From IMG/VR virus record IMGVR_UViG_3300049255_000202: a stretch of DNA of 64,000 nt, one strand, 5' to 3'. Under the pieces are notes generated by a model. The model had not been told where the DNA came from and made no database searches. It saw nothing but the letters and a program-made list of their open reading frames with translations. This DNA is from an uncultured virus (IMG/VR IMGVR_UViG_3300049255_000202) (Duplodnaviria > Heunggongvirae > Uroviricota > Caudoviricetes). Below, in pieces: positions 31,586 through 42,462 of this stretch (its first letter is position 1; each line of letters starts with the position of its first letter). The position numbers were made by a program, and so were the translations under genes.

Positions 31586-32397
31586 CGGCGCCTGTGGCCG
31601 CCGACGCGCGCCTTCGCATCTTGGAGGCGGCGGTTGCGGTCCATGGCCGAGGCACGCTTGCGGTCGCGCGGGTCGTCGAGCAGTTCGTCTAGCTCAACCG
31701 GCTCGGGCGGCGAGGCCGGGGGCTTCACGGGTTTGTAAGTCGGGCGCTCGAACAGCTCGTCGTCGAGGATGCGATCGTAGGCGGTCGGGAGCCGGAGACG
31801 CTTCTCCTCGGCGGACTTCTCCTTGGCGACCCGCTTGACCACGACGTCCTTCTTCGTGTGCGGCAAGACCACGAAGAGGCACCACACGGCGTAGTGCGTG
31901 AGGCACGCCTTGCACGTCGGCGTCTCCCCGCGCGCAAAGTGCTCGTCGTAGTGGGTCTCGAACTGATTCGTTGTGACGTTGAGGTGCTGGTGAAGGTACT
32001 CGCTGATCCCGCAGAATGTGTACGGGTTGCGCGCTCCAGTGTTGTGCGCGACGCCGTGCAGCACTTCGTTGCGACGGAGGCACACCTGCGTGCGAGCGGT
32101 GCGCAACGGCACGAGGAAGAACTGGTAGACTTGCACGGTGCCAAGACGCACGGGCTCGACGTCGAACGTCCGATCGCTCACCTCGACGCGGTAGCGCGCC
32201 TTTTTCTCGGGGATGTGCCGGCTCCATGCCCCGTGGATGCGCTTGACGTTGTAGTCGTCGCCGCGGAAGCGAACGCCCTCGCTGTAGGGCAGCACGAGCA
32301 CCCCGGACTGCGAATGCAGCTCGGTGATGGTCCCGAGTCCATCGTTCGTGGGCGCGTGCCACCCGACCGGAATCCAGTAGGAGGGTCGGGCGCTCAC
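31582..32397 (-). CDS. hypothetical protein with TAYDRILDDE motif
   Basis: H...C...CKAC putative zinc site; GTG start inferred. Confidence 0.6.
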   Translation of the reverse strand: MSARPSYWIPVGWHAPTNDGLGTITELHSQSGVLVLPYSEGVRFRGDDYNVKRIHGAWSRHIPEKKARYRVEVSDRTFDVEPVRLGTVQVYQFFLVPLRTARTQVCLRRNEVLHGVAHNTGARNPYTFCGISEYLHQHLNVTTNQFETHYDEHFARGETPTCKACLTHYAVWCLFVVLPHTKKDVVVKRVAKEKSAEEKRLRLPTAYDRILDDELFERPTYKPVKPPASPPEPVELDELLDDPRDRKRASAMDRNRRLQDAKARVGGHRRR

Positions 32398-32736
32398 GAC
32401 GGCGGGTCCTTCATCGCGGCGAGCATGAGGTCGTACTCCCCGCAGGCGACGGCGTCGACGATCTCGTTCCTCTCGTCCTGCGTGAGCCGGATGCGCCAGT
32501 TGTCCTGCTCGACCTTCTTCGCGATGCTCCGCCACAAGCCGAGGAGGGACTTGCACTCGTCCACCCGGATGCCCTTGGCGCCCTCGCTCGCCTGGCGGAG
32601 CCGGCTCTCGTGGACGTGTGATCGTCCGCGAGGGCCTTGATTTGCCGGGCATTCAGCTTGTCGAGCGTGAAGTCGTTCACGGATCTAAAGTACACCGGGC
32701 CGATTGATCGCCCGGCCGCCATGACGTAGTACGGCC

Positions 32737-33033
32737 ATGATGCCCGATTGGATGGAGCCGGTGGACCCCCGCGAAGAGGCGGAGGAATTCGAGCGTGGTT
32801 CCGAGGACATGGAGCTTCGTGCGATGCGCCTGGAGGCCGAGCGTGAGGCCCGATGCGACGCCGAGTGCTACGAGTGGGCGGCGTACCAGGATTACCTCGA
32901 CGCCACGGCGGAGCGCGGTACGACGGAGCCGGTTCTCACCTTCGAGGAGTTCATCGCGCGCCCGGCCGATCCCGTTCTTCCTCCGGCCGAGCCTGTCGAG
33001 GTGGACTTCGGCGAGGACGGCATCCCGTTTTGA
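32737..33033 (+). CDS. acidic hypothetical protein ending DGIPF (SSB-like tail)
   Basis: Class I promoter at 32704-32732; C-terminal EDGIPF. Confidence 0.6.
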   Translation: MMPDWMEPVDPREEAEEFERGSEDMELRAMRLEAEREARCDAECYEWAAYQDYLDATAERGTTEPVLTFEEFIARPADPVLPPAEPVEVDFGEDGIPF

Positions 33034-33587
33034 GGGTCGGTGTACCCTGATCGTATGAGGACGTTCACGTTCAAGGGGCGCGCGTACTACCGCTCGGGCA
33101 GGGTCGGCGACGGGCACGCACTTCACGCACTCGACACGGTGGTGACCGTCGAGGCCCCGTCGCTTCGCATCGCCCGGCAACTCGTGCCGGCGGGCATGCG
33201 CCACGTGCGCAGCCCACGGAAGTAGCTCGTGTTCGTCTGCGAGTCGTGCCTCCGGTCGAAGTACACGAACGAGCCGAGCTTCTCGCAAAGCGAAGGACCG
33301 TGCGAGCTTTGCGGCAAGCACCGCGCGTGCTCCGACATCCCGAGCCGAGCGCTTCGGCCCCGAGGCGCCGTCGACACCGCGACGAAGCGTGTCCGTGAGG
33401 AGCAGACGGTTCAGCCGGAGTCGCCTTTGGAGCGGATGGACAGGCTTTTGGGCGACGACGACGATTGATCGTCCCGTGGCCGGGTCCTAGTGGCGTAGTT
33501 AGCGTCCTGGTGTATATGTCGAATGCCCCACCAGTCCGGTAGGGCATTGCAACGGGCGGTCAAACCCGTCGCAGAAAGGACCATACC

Positions 33588-36260
33588 ATGGCTATCGCAT
33601 TGGACGATTCCGTCTTGGGCTCGAAATGGCCGGCGTGTCCGGCGCTCCCGAACATGCCGAAGACGCCCGAACAGTTGTTCTGGGCGCTCGGAGGCACGGT
33701 CAAGAATGATCGCTACGCCTGGCCGTGGCTCGGCTGGAATGGGTGGCGTGACGCGGGCTCGCGGCTCCTCTACTTCCTCAACCACAACCCCGACGCGAAG
33801 TGGTGCGACTTCAACGACTCCTCCTCGAACGAGGGGATCATGACGGCGCCCTCCGAGCCGGATAAGGCGCTCGTCGAGAATTTGATGAACGGGTTCGACG
33901 CGAAGCTGGAGCAGCTCGCGATCGAGTACCTCGAAGCGAACAAGGGCAAGACGTCGTTCGCCATGCCTGGCTCGCCGCTCGAAGCGGTCAAGATGTGGTC
34001 CGGCGGGTTCGCCGCCGACCAGCTCCCGTTCATGTCCGACGCCGCCATCGAGACGCTCGCGAAGAACTCGCTCATCGTTCGTGTGTTCTCGATCCCGAAA
34101 TCGGATACCAAGGGGTCGAACGAGGAGGCCCGCTGCGTCGTCGACATTCGCGACCCCGGCTGCGGCATTCCCGCGGTGACGGAGGCATGGAAGAAGACGA
34201 TCCTTTCTCTCAATCGCTCGGGGCCGACATCGAAGAAGCTCAAGCTCTACCTGAGCGGTAAGCACGGCCAGGGCGCCGGCGGTACTTACCAGTACGCTCA
34301 ACTTTCGCTCATCGCGAGCCGCGTGCGCGGAACCTCCACGGTCGCGTTCACCATCGTGTCGCGCCAGTTCGACAACGACACCGTCAAGACGCCGACATTC
34401 AAGTACCTCACGCTCGGCGGTGAGATTATGACGTTTGAGCTGCACGACGAGGAGGCGTTCGCGCCCGGTCTGCTCATGCGCCACATCGGCTACAAGGGCG
34501 ACATGATCACGGACAAGGGGGGCGCCAAGTCGATGTTCGGCTTGATCCAGCGCGCCCTTCCAACGCCGCTCTATCCGGTGCGCCTGGAGCACCATGTGAT
34601 GGCGACGAGCCATCACGAGCACCGCACCCACGGCCCGGGCTACGGGTACAACCACCACGTCTATGGCTGCGTGAACCAGCTCATCCGCGCCGCTCACCGC
34701 ACGGCGAACCCTCCGGCGAAGACAAAGGCGCAAGAGTTCCGCCCGACGCACCAGACCCAGGAGATCATCCCGATCGGTAAGTACGACTTCGGCGGCATCG
34801 AGGGGATCGGGATGACCGGCGTGGCTGATGCCGGGTACGTCACCATGACAGCCTGGGCCATCGACCCGCGCAAGTACGACGAGACGGGAACGCTGACGGA
34901 GATTTCGGACCGCGGCGACGTGCTCAAGAACTACGTGAATCCGAACAAGCCCATTCTCTTCACCCTCGACGGGCAGACTCACGACGAGAAGAGCCTCACG
35001 TACATCACGAACCCGGATTCGGGCGCCGGTCTCTGGCGCATCGGCCAGTACATGGTCGTTCAGGTTGATTGCGCCGGGCTCACCCGCGATGGCCGGTTCG
35101 AGCTGTTCAACGCGCTCCGCGACGCGACGAAGAAGACTCCCTTGGAGCGCAAGATCATGGAGGAGATCGTCTACCGCCTCAAGAACACGCCGAAGTTCCA
35201 GCAGCTCCAGGCCGACCTCGCGGCCACGGCGCAGCCTGACAAGCAGCAGGACGAGGACTGGGCCAAGGGGTTCCGCGATTACTGCAAGCGTAGCGACATC
35301 CCGCTCGAAAAGATCGGGGTGAAGACGCGCGGATGGCGATGGATCTGGGAGAAGCAGCTCGGGAATGTGGAACGCAAGAAGAAGGGGCCGCCCGTCGCCA
35401 TCGACCCCAAGGAGCCGCCGACGTTCATCCGCTGGGACATCAAGGACACCACGGTGCTCCCGCTCAAGATGCACCCTGGCCAGACGTATAGCTGGACGCT
35501 CATTACGGACGCGCACCCCAGCTACTTCATCCGCACGAACCCCGCGAAATCCAAGATCCGCATCACGACGGTTGGCATCGCGGATCTCATGGGGGACGCG
35601 GAGTTCGTCGGCGGGCGTCTTATCTGCCGTTTCCGCTGCCCTGACGACGCGGAAATCGGCTCGAACCGCCTCATCATCGCGACGTGCGAGGGCCTTCCGC
35701 CCGCGGAGTTGCCGATCATCGTCGTCGCCAAGCCGGCCAAGCCCGAGCCGCCTGGCGGGAAAAACAAGCCGCTCCGCGAGGGCGTGAAGGACGGGACCTC
35801 CAAGGAATACGTCATGGTCCGCCGCAAGGTGAAGGATGGCGACATCCACAACCTCCCGTTCGTTCGCCCCATCGCCGTGACGCGACACGACCCGGTTGGT
35901 CAATGGAACCTGCTGGGATGGGACGATCCCGACGAGTGTGGTCTCACCGTTCGCGCTGAGCAGAACGGTGTGTGCGTCTTCTACAACGCCGAGTTGCCGA
36001 AGTACCTGGAACTCAAAGCGGAAGCCGCTAAGCGCGGGGGCGAGGCACTCTACATCCAGACATACGAATACAAGCTCGTCATGTACGCCATCTTCCACCT
36101 CAACAACGAGGTGGTCATGGAGACGAACGTGTCCGACCAGGAGCAGCTCAAGCAGCTCCGCACGATCTTCACGTCTGTGGCCGAGGACTTGGCCTATGAG
36201 GCGCTCCGCGAGACGAAGCGCCTCATCGACATCAAGCTCGACATGAAGACCAAGCTCTGA
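33588..36260 (+). CDS. large GHKL (HATPase_c) family ATPase
   Basis: ALVENLMNGFDA, DIRDPGCGI and GKHGQG Bergerat-fold motifs. Confidence 0.75.
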   Translation: MAIALDDSVLGSKWPACPALPNMPKTPEQLFWALGGTVKNDRYAWPWLGWNGWRDAGSRLLYFLNHNPDAKWCDFNDSSSNEGIMTAPSEPDKALVENLMNGFDAKLEQLAIEYLEANKGKTSFAMPGSPLEAVKMWSGGFAADQLPFMSDAAIETLAKNSLIVRVFSIPKSDTKGSNEEARCVVDIRDPGCGIPAVTEAWKKTILSLNRSGPTSKKLKLYLSGKHGQGAGGTYQYAQLSLIASRVRGTSTVAFTIVSRQFDNDTVKTPTFKYLTLGGEIMTFELHDEEAFAPGLLMRHIGYKGDMITDKGGAKSMFGLIQRALPTPLYPVRLEHHVMATSHHEHRTHGPGYGYNHHVYGCVNQLIRAAHRTANPPAKTKAQEFRPTHQTQEIIPIGKYDFGGIEGIGMTGVADAGYVTMTAWAIDPRKYDETGTLTEISDRGDVLKNYVNPNKPILFTLDGQTHDEKSLTYITNPDSGAGLWRIGQYMVVQVDCAGLTRDGRFELFNALRDATKKTPLERKIMEEIVYRLKNTPKFQQLQADLAATAQPDKQQDEDWAKGFRDYCKRSDIPLEKIGVKTRGWRWIWEKQLGNVERKKKGPPVAIDPKEPPTFIRWDIKDTTVLPLKMHPGQTYSWTLITDAHPSYFIRTNPAKSKIRITTVGIADLMGDAEFVGGRLICRFRCPDDAEIGSNRLIIATCEGLPPAELPIIVVAKPAKPEPPGGKNKPLREGVKDGTSKEYVMVRRKVKDGDIHNLPFVRPIAVTRHDPVGQWNLLGWDDPDECGLTVRAEQNGVCVFYNAELPKYLELKAEAAKRGGEALYIQTYEYKLVMYAIFHLNNEVVMETNVSDQEQLKQLRTIFTSVAEDLAYEALRETKRLIDIKLDMKTKL

Positions 36261-36270
36261 AGGCGCCGCG

Positions 36271-36302
36271 GCCCCCCGTGTCTCACCCAGAGACCGGGGG
36301 GC
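36271..36302. terminator. hairpin between convergent genes
   Basis: GCCCCCCG(T)GTCTC...GAGACCGGGGGGC stem. Confidence 0.55.
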
Positions 36303-36305
36303 GCT

Positions 36306-37553
36306 TCACTCCATGTTCATCATCAGGTCGAACATGGCGCGCTCGGCCTGCCACTCGGCGGGCTTGCGCACTCGCTCCTCGATGAGCTTGAGGTAGTCGG
36401 GGTTCAGCTCGACGCCCACGTAGTCGCGGCCGAGGAGCTTCGCCACGGCGAACGTGGTCCCCGAGCCGGCGAACGGGTCGAGCACCACGCACGGCACGGG
36501 TGGGGCCTCGGGGCACTTGCATGTGGGCCCCCAGCCCAGCTCCCGCCGTGGGGCCGCGTAGAGGCTCGGCATCGTGCCGTTCTCCGTGAGGGTGGGTCCG
36601 CCGCGGGTCGTCCAGCCCTTGGCCTTGGCGTCGTCCTGCATCTCGGTCCAGTGGCGCTCGCCCTTGATCTCGGCGTAGTGGGACTCGCCCCTCTCGATGA
36701 TCCGCTTCCAGGGAGCCCCACAGCGCGAGCACGAGCCCTTTTCGCTCGAGGCCGCCGCGATGGCGAGCTTCGGGATCTCCTCGGGCATGGTGGCGAAGTG
36801 TGCGCCACGGTAGGGCTTGGCGTTGATGTTCCACACGTCCCGCTTGTTCCGGCTCGTGATGGGCTTGCGGGCGAGCCCCGTCGTCGGCTTCCCGAGCTTG
36901 GCCTGGAACGCCGGCTCGTCGGGGGAGCGCTCGACCTCTTCGGCGCCCTCCTGATAGCGCGGGTCGTCCTCCACCCAGTCGCCGGCGGGCTCTCGGATGG
37001 CGTCCGCGTCGTAGAAGTAGTCGGCGTCCTTCGTGAGCAGGAAGATGTGCTCGTGCGACCGCGTGGGGCGGTCCTGCACGCTCTCGGGCATCGGGTTGCC
37101 CTTGGCCCAGATGATGTCCGACCGGAGATACCAACCGTCGTCTTGGAGGGCGAGGGCTACCCTCCATGGAATCCCAATCAGGTCCTTGGGCTTGAGCCCC
37201 GTCGACTTCTTCGTGCGGCCGACCGACGAGTTCCCGTGGAGTGCGATCGCGTGCTTGCCGCCGGTTGAACCGCCCCACTTGCCGTCGTTGGCGTAGGTGT
37301 CCCCGAGGTTGAGCCACAGGACCCCATCGGGGCGAAGCACACGGTGGACTTCGCGGAAGACTTCGACCATCTTGGCGACGTACTCCGCGGGCGTCTGTTC
37401 GAGGCCGATCTCTTTGGCCTTGTCGGGGCTTTCGCCGGGAAGGTACGAGCGGAGGCCGTAGTACGGCGGGCTCGTGACCACGCACTGGACGAAGTTGTCC
37501 GGCAGCTCTTTGAGCTTCTCGAGGACGTGGCCGTGAAGAACTTGGTTACGCAT
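36306..37553 (-). CDS. N4-C/N6-A DNA methyltransferase (beta class)
   Basis: VTSPPY and [10 protein letters not shown] motifs. Confidence 0.92.
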   Translation of the reverse strand: MRNQVLHGHVLEKLKELPDNFVQCVVTSPPYYGLRSYLPGESPDKAKEIGLEQTPAEYVAKMVEVFREVHRVLRPDGVLWLNLGDTYANDGKWGGSTGGKHAIALHGNSSVGRTKKSTGLKPKDLIGIPWRVALALQDDGWYLRSDIIWAKGNPMPESVQDRPTRSHEHIFLLTKDADYFYDADAIREPAGDWVEDDPRYQEGAEEVERSPDEPAFQAKLGKPTTGLARKPITSRNKRDVWNINAKPYRGAHFATMPEEIPKLAIAAASSEKGSCSRCGAPWKRIIERGESHYAEIKGERHWTEMQDDAKAKGWTTRGGPTLTENGTMPSLYAAPRRELGWGPTCKCPEAPPVPCVVLDPFAGSGTTFAVAKLLGRDYVGVELNPDYLKLIEERVRKPAEWQAERAMFDLMMNME

Positions 37554-38682
37554 CGTCCATCATCGCGTCGAAGATGCCTCGCTCGGCCTCGAGCGTCATG
37601 GCACCTTTGACACGCTCCTCGACGATCTTCGCGTACTCGGGGTTGAGTTCGATGCCGAGGAAGTCTCGACGCATCTCTTTGGCGACCATGAGGGTTGTGC
37701 CCGACCCGGCGAACACGTCGAGGACGACGCACGGGACCGGCCCGGCATGGACGCACTCGCACGTCGGGACCCATCCGGTCGTTTTGTAGGTCGGGCGCCC
37801 GTGCGTCTTGTACGCGGTCGAGAACACGCCACCTCCGGCCCGGTTCGAGTGACCACTCGCGCGAACGGCGCGATCTGACTCGGCAGCTCGGCCGATGACC
37901 GAAGGCCCCTCGGAGTTGATGTGCTCCTCGAAGGTCTCCGAGACCTTGATGTTCTTCACGTGGTCGCCCTTGGGGCCGCCGATGCGGTCCACCTCACGCT
38001 TGTACGGGGCGCCGCACACGGGGCAGCACCCAGCCTCGGAGGTCCCGGCCTTGATGCACGTGCGCGGGATCTCGACCGGCCACGTCGCGAAGTGAAACTC
38101 CTTGGACCCCTTCGTCGCCATGTGCCAGACGGTCCACAGGTTGTGTCCACCGCCTTCGGTGTCCGTGCGCACGGCGAGGTGGTCGTAGAAGTAGCGAGCG
38201 CTCTTGGTGAGCATGAAGATGTGCTCGTGCGTGACGACCGGCCTGTCTGTCACCGGCTCGGGCATGCTGTTCTTCTTCGACCAGATGACGCTCGAGCGCA
38301 CGTACCAGCCGTCTTCCTGAGCCGCGATGGCGAAGCGGAACGGGACCATGATGAGGTCCTTGACCTTGATCGACCCGTCCGCTCCGCCCAGCCGCGCGTC
38401 ACTCGCGAAGGTGTCTCCGAGGTTGACCCAGCAGACGCCAGTCGGGTGAAGGACTCGACGGGCCTCGCGGAACACGGCGACGAGGCGTTCGATGTACTGC
38501 TGCGGCGTTTGCTCGAGGCCGATCTCTTTGGACTTGTCGGGTGAGCCGTCGGGAAGGTACGAGCGAAGGCCGTAGTACGGCGGAGAGGTGCAGATGCAGT
38601 GGACGGAGTTCTCGGGAAGCTCTTTCAGCTTCTCGAGAACATCGCCTTGGAGCACTCGGTTGCGCACATCTACGCGGTCCAT
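37546..38682 (-). CDS. N4-C/N6-A DNA methyltransferase (beta class), tandem paralog
   Basis: CTSPPY and [10 protein letters not shown] motifs. Confidence 0.92.
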   Translation of the reverse strand: MDRVDVRNRVLQGDVLEKLKELPENSVHCICTSPPYYGLRSYLPDGSPDKSKEIGLEQTPQQYIERLVAVFREARRVLHPTGVCWVNLGDTFASDARLGGADGSIKVKDLIMVPFRFAIAAQEDGWYVRSSVIWSKKNSMPEPVTDRPVVTHEHIFMLTKSARYFYDHLAVRTDTEGGGHNLWTVWHMATKGSKEFHFATWPVEIPRTCIKAGTSEAGCCPVCGAPYKREVDRIGGPKGDHVKNIKVSETFEEHINSEGPSVIGRAAESDRAVRASGHSNRAGGGVFSTAYKTHGRPTYKTTGWVPTCECVHAGPVPCVVLDVFAGSGTTLMVAKEMRRDFLGIELNPEYAKIVEERVKGAMTLEAERGIFDAMMDDA

Positions 38683-38735
38683 CGAACCTCCATCGGCCGC
38701 GTTCTACACCACCGCCGCCGGTGTACTCCTCTTAT

Positions 38736-39311
38736 ATGCTCTCGAAGAAGCCCGAGAAGGCGGCCAAGGAATACGCCCGAAAGACTCCACCCGAGGACCG
38801 AGCCCTGGCCCGCGTGGTGAGCGGGGACCAGGTGCGACCGGGGCCGTACAACGTCTTGCCCATCCTCGGGTCGCTCCACAAGGGCAAGAACACGGCTTTC
38901 GTACACCTCTCCACGTTCCTGCTCCGCATTGCGGACGACGAGCACGTGGGCGTGATGAACTGGGTGCTCCCGTTCAACATCCGCACCGAGAAGTCCATCG
39001 TGCGCCTCCTTGCCTCCCTCGGATGGGACGGCCGCGTGTGGCCGGCGGACGAGGGGTGGCCGGGCGATACCAAAGAGGCCAGGGGCCTGCGCGAGCTTCT
39101 CCGAGGGCAGAACCTTCTCTCGACCCTCACGTTCCCGCCCGATGGGGAGAACGGCAACCGGGTGATGCGGCTCGACGTCCTTCGCACGAGCGGTGAGTTT
39201 CCGCTGAGCCCCGAGTTCGGGGAGGGCGGCATACCGCCGCAGTCCGGCATGCTCGACAAGCTCCGCGAGCTGGCCAACGACCCGTGCGTGTTCGGGATGG
39301 GCGGCTTCTAG
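38736..39311 (+). CDS. hypothetical protein
   Basis: GGTGTA-N10-ATG start. Confidence 0.65.
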   Translation: MLSKKPEKAAKEYARKTPPEDRALARVVSGDQVRPGPYNVLPILGSLHKGKNTAFVHLSTFLLRIADDEHVGVMNWVLPFNIRTEKSIVRLLASLGWDGRVWPADEGWPGDTKEARGLRELLRGQNLLSTLTFPPDGENGNRVMRLDVLRTSGEFPLSPEFGEGGIPPQSGMLDKLRELANDPCVFGMGGF

Positions 39312-39543
39312 TCGTCTCCCCGAAGTACGCGGTCCCACGCGGTTGGGTAGCGCGCCTCGCGAAGCGCTTTCGTAGCGTAGTCCTTGCCCGCTTGGAGCAG
39401 CTCTTCGGGCGTGAAGTCGCGGTGCGTGTACTCCGGTCCAGCTACCGTGTGTTCGGCTCCGCAGGCTTCGGCCCACATTTCGGTACTGGTCAGGTTTGAA
39501 ATGACGCACCCCAGGCGAGGCGACGCGGCCCCACGATGAGGAT

Positions 39544-39873
39544 ATGCCGCCGCCTGTCCTCACCGCTCCCGTCGTCTGGAAGAAGCCGCGTCCGTCCGAC
39601 AAGGTGCGACGTTCGTCCGACCTGACCCCAGAGGAGATGGCCTACGCCAAGGTAGCGCTCCGGGTCCTTCGACTCCGGGTCGGCACCACCCGCCAACTCG
39701 CCACCGAACTCTCCGCTAACCCGAAGACGCTCGCGGCGGCTCTGTCGAAGAAGGGCAAGCCGACCGCAGGGCTCATGCTTCGGGCGGCTCGGATCGCGGG
39801 GGTGCCACTCGAAGAAATCCTATCGGGAGCCTGGCCGAAGCCCAATTCTTGCCCGAGGTGCGGAAGATCCTGA
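39544..39873 (+). CDS. HTH transcriptional regulator (cargo)
   Basis: TTRQLATELSANPKTL...AARIAGVPLEEIL; C-terminal CPRCG. Confidence 0.65.
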   Translation: MPPPVLTAPVVWKKPRPSDKVRRSSDLTPEEMAYAKVALRVLRLRVGTTRQLATELSANPKTLAAALSKKGKPTAGLMLRAARIAGVPLEEILSGAWPKPNSCPRCGRS

Positions 39874-40129
39874 CGACGAGCGACGGCCTATGATTGTCCA
39901 CGTTGCGAACTATCTGACCTTGGTGTTCACGGCGATGTCCGCCAACGCCATGAGTCCTTCGCCCATCGCGGCGACGAGGGTACCCAAGGCGTAGAGCCCG
40001 ACCCCGAGGGCAAACAAACATGAGCGACAGGTACGACAATCTTCTCTCGGTCAGCTCAGGTCTTCAGACCCAAGGGGGCATCCTCAAGGTCATCGGCCTC
40101 ATCCCGGTCATCGCAGCCTTCGTTGGGGG

Positions 40130-40762
40130 CTACTTGATGAGAGACAGCCTCGGTTTCGCAGCCGTGGCTTTTGTGGTCGGCCTTCGCTCCTCTACTTCGG
40201 GCAGCAAAAGCTGTTGTCGTTCGGCGAATGGTAACCATGTGTTTGCCGAAGAGGTGGACGCACCTGTCGGCGAGCGCAACCTGTTCATTCTCGTCGTAGG
40301 TCCCGCCCTCATAGTCCCTGGCGTCGGCGGCTTACCCTCGGCAAGGCACCTGCTGTCGGGCTTGTTGTCGTAGGCGAACAAGCCCTTCACCCGGCGTCGA
40401 AGATCGGTCACGGCTGCCTGGCGAGCTTCAGCCTCGGCCTTTGCCTGAACTGCACGAGCTTCAGCCTGAGCCTTGGCCTGCACGGCATCGGCGGCCCTCT
40501 TTGCTTCGGCTGCGGCAGCGGCCTTCGCATCTTGATCGGCTTTCCATGCGTCATACTTCGGCTTGATCTCGGCCAGCTTCGTGGCAGCCGCCTTCCCCGA
40601 GGTCGAGTTGGGGTCGGCCCCGATGGCATCGGAGCAAGCCTTGACGGCGCCCGCCAGGTCCCCCGTCGTGTCCGCCTGGACGCACTTCGCGTAGTCCGGC
40701 TGTGCCTTGTCGGAACAGGCGGTCAGCACGATGAACACGATCCCGAACGTGAAAGCTCTCAT
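40130..40762 (-). CDS. putative lipoprotein (cargo), 3' end probably frameshifted
   Basis: Signal peptide with LTAC lipobox; Ala/Lys-rich helical linker. Confidence 0.6.
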   Translation of the reverse strand: MRAFTFGIVFIVLTACSDKAQPDYAKCVQADTTGDLAGAVKACSDAIGADPNSTSGKAAATKLAEIKPKYDAWKADQDAKAAAAAEAKRAADAVQAKAQAEARAVQAKAEAEARQAAVTDLRRRVKGLFAYDNKPDSRCLAEGKPPTPGTMRAGPTTRMNRLRSPTGASTSSANTWLPFAERQQLLLPEVEERRPTTKATAAKPRLSLIK

Positions 40763-40845
40763 GTTCTCCATGGAGCCCGAGGGTCGGGCGTAATTCAAGA
40801 GGTAACTTTATTTATGGAGATGGCCGGGGTCCGCAGCGTGAGGGG

Positions 40846-41118
40846 GTGCGAGCCCTCGATCCCGAACGTGTAGCGAAGGACATCGGGCGGCGCATCGCCG
40901 AACTTCGTCGTGACCGTGGTCTCACCCAAGAGCAGCTCGCCGTGAAGTTGGGGACGACCTTCCAGTGGCTCGCCCAGGTCGAGGCCGGACGGAACGCGAC
41001 GGTCTTCACGCTGGTGAAGATGGCAAACGCCCTCAAGGTCCCCGTCGCGGAACTTCTCGTGGCTCCAAAGCCGGGAAGCCGTGTGGTTCGTCGGGGACGA
41101 CCTCCAAAGACGACCTGA
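40846..41118 (+). CDS. XRE-family HTH regulator (cargo)
   Basis: IGRRIAELRRDRGLTQEQLA...VEAGRNATVFTLVKMANAL. Confidence 0.85.
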   Translation: MRALDPERVAKDIGRRIAELRRDRGLTQEQLAVKLGTTFQWLAQVEAGRNATVFTLVKMANALKVPVAELLVAPKPGSRVVRRGRPPKTT

Positions 41119-41421
41119 CCCCCAACAACAAGTTGGTGGTCAGGTCGTCAACAAGTTAATCGACAACTTGAACGACGATTTTTCTTTCGAAACTCGGCCT
41201 TAAGCCCGTAGGCTCGCCCGTGTAAGCGGGCAGGAATGTCCTGGTCGCTTACAAAAGCGAAGAGGCCCAGGTCTTGATCCCCTGAGCCTCTTCCCCGTCG
41301 CTCACGCGGCGGGGGGCGCCCATCGAGGTTCCACCCTCGGCACGCCACGTCTGATCACTACACCGACGAAAGGAGGCCCCATGGCCCGACGCGCGTAATC
41401 TTTTGTCTGTAACCTCATTCT

Positions 41422-41580
41422 CGTCCCCGTTTGGGGGAGGACGCGAAGAGCGTCGTGTTCACGCTTCGTCTCACGGAGACGGAGCGTGACGCCCTCGTCG
41501 AGACCGCCGAACGCGAAGGGAAGCCCGTGACGGCGTGGGCGAGGGAGACTCTGATCGAGGCGACGATCACTCGTCCGTGA
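41422..41580 (+). pseudogene. ribbon-helix-helix protein fragment (cargo)
   Basis: Own translation RPRLGEDAKSVVFTLRLTETERDALVETAEREGKPVTAWARETL; no clear start codon. Confidence 0.5.
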
Positions 41581-42462
41581 AAATGTATCCGGGCATCATG
41601 AGACCAAGGAACTCGTTGAGTTGTTCCGGTTCGACCCCAACGCGGATCACGGTCCCGTTGGGTGCTCGAAGATGGAGGAACGCCGTCCGACCGTCCTTCT
41701 TCGGGACCAGCTTCCCAGACTCATCGCGCTCTGGTTCAAACTCGACGAACTCCTCGTGCTTGACGACTTCGAGGAAGAGCCGCCGCATCTCATGGGCGAC
41801 TGGCGAAGCGGCCCATGGGGGTGTGTAGGGGACAGTTTCGGGGACCACCGCACAGGGTGGAGCGGGGTCGAGTTCAACGGGCTCCGACGCATCGGCGTCG
41901 GTGATGAGTGGTTGTTCGGACAGCATGCACAAGCACTTCAACAAGGAAACCTTCCCCCTCGATCCAGCGTACCACCCAGTGGCGCGACGGCTTCAGACAG
42001 GCGTAGGCGCGGGTGGCCCCCAACGGGTGCCCCGTGAGGGCGAAGACCTTAACGGCGCCCTGCCAGACGACCTTGCCGTCGAGGCGCTCGTCCACCTCGA
42101 CGGCTTCGATGAAGGTCGCGGGGACGCCGTGAAGGTACTCCACCCACTCCTTCAGCTCGTCGATGGAAACGTCGTCGTCCATCCCGCCAGCGTAGTCGGC
42201 TCCCGTGCCAAGATCACGGGACGCAGCGCGTCACGGACGTTCAAACCTGACCAGTACCCACATTTCCCGTTGGGGGACTTTCATCCCTTCCCCGAAACAC
42301 CACCCGATGTTGGACCGTAGAACGCGCTCTGGGTCCGTGATCTCTGGATGGTTGGCGCGAAGGCGCGTCAGCTCGGACTCCCAGAACTGACGCGCCTCCT
42401 CGCGCGTTGTGATGGTGAGCACGCGATTGACGAACGTCGCGATGTCCCTTTCCCTGGGCATG

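Larger units (their letters stand above)
39482..42258. mobile_element. non-autonomous cargo transposon (IS1595-like ends)
   Basis: Perfect 19 bp TIR GGTACTGGTCAGGTTTGAA at 39482-39500 and 42240-42258; 8 bp TSD CACATTTC at 39474-39481 and 42259-42266; no transposase seen. Confidence 0.88.
39308..42461 (-). pseudogene. tagged gene split by the 39482-42258 element
   Basis: 42461-42259 (MPRERDI...PQREMW) rejoins 39481-39308 (EMWAEACG...YPTAWDRVLRGDD*) when the element and one TSD copy are removed. Confidence 0.8.

Noticed and set aside
33411..36098. 895 aa minus-strand ORF and similar long antisense ORFs (13206-15485, 58545-60233, 62329-63723)
   Set aside because: Shadow frames of genes with clear motifs on the opposite strand, expected in GC-rich DNA.
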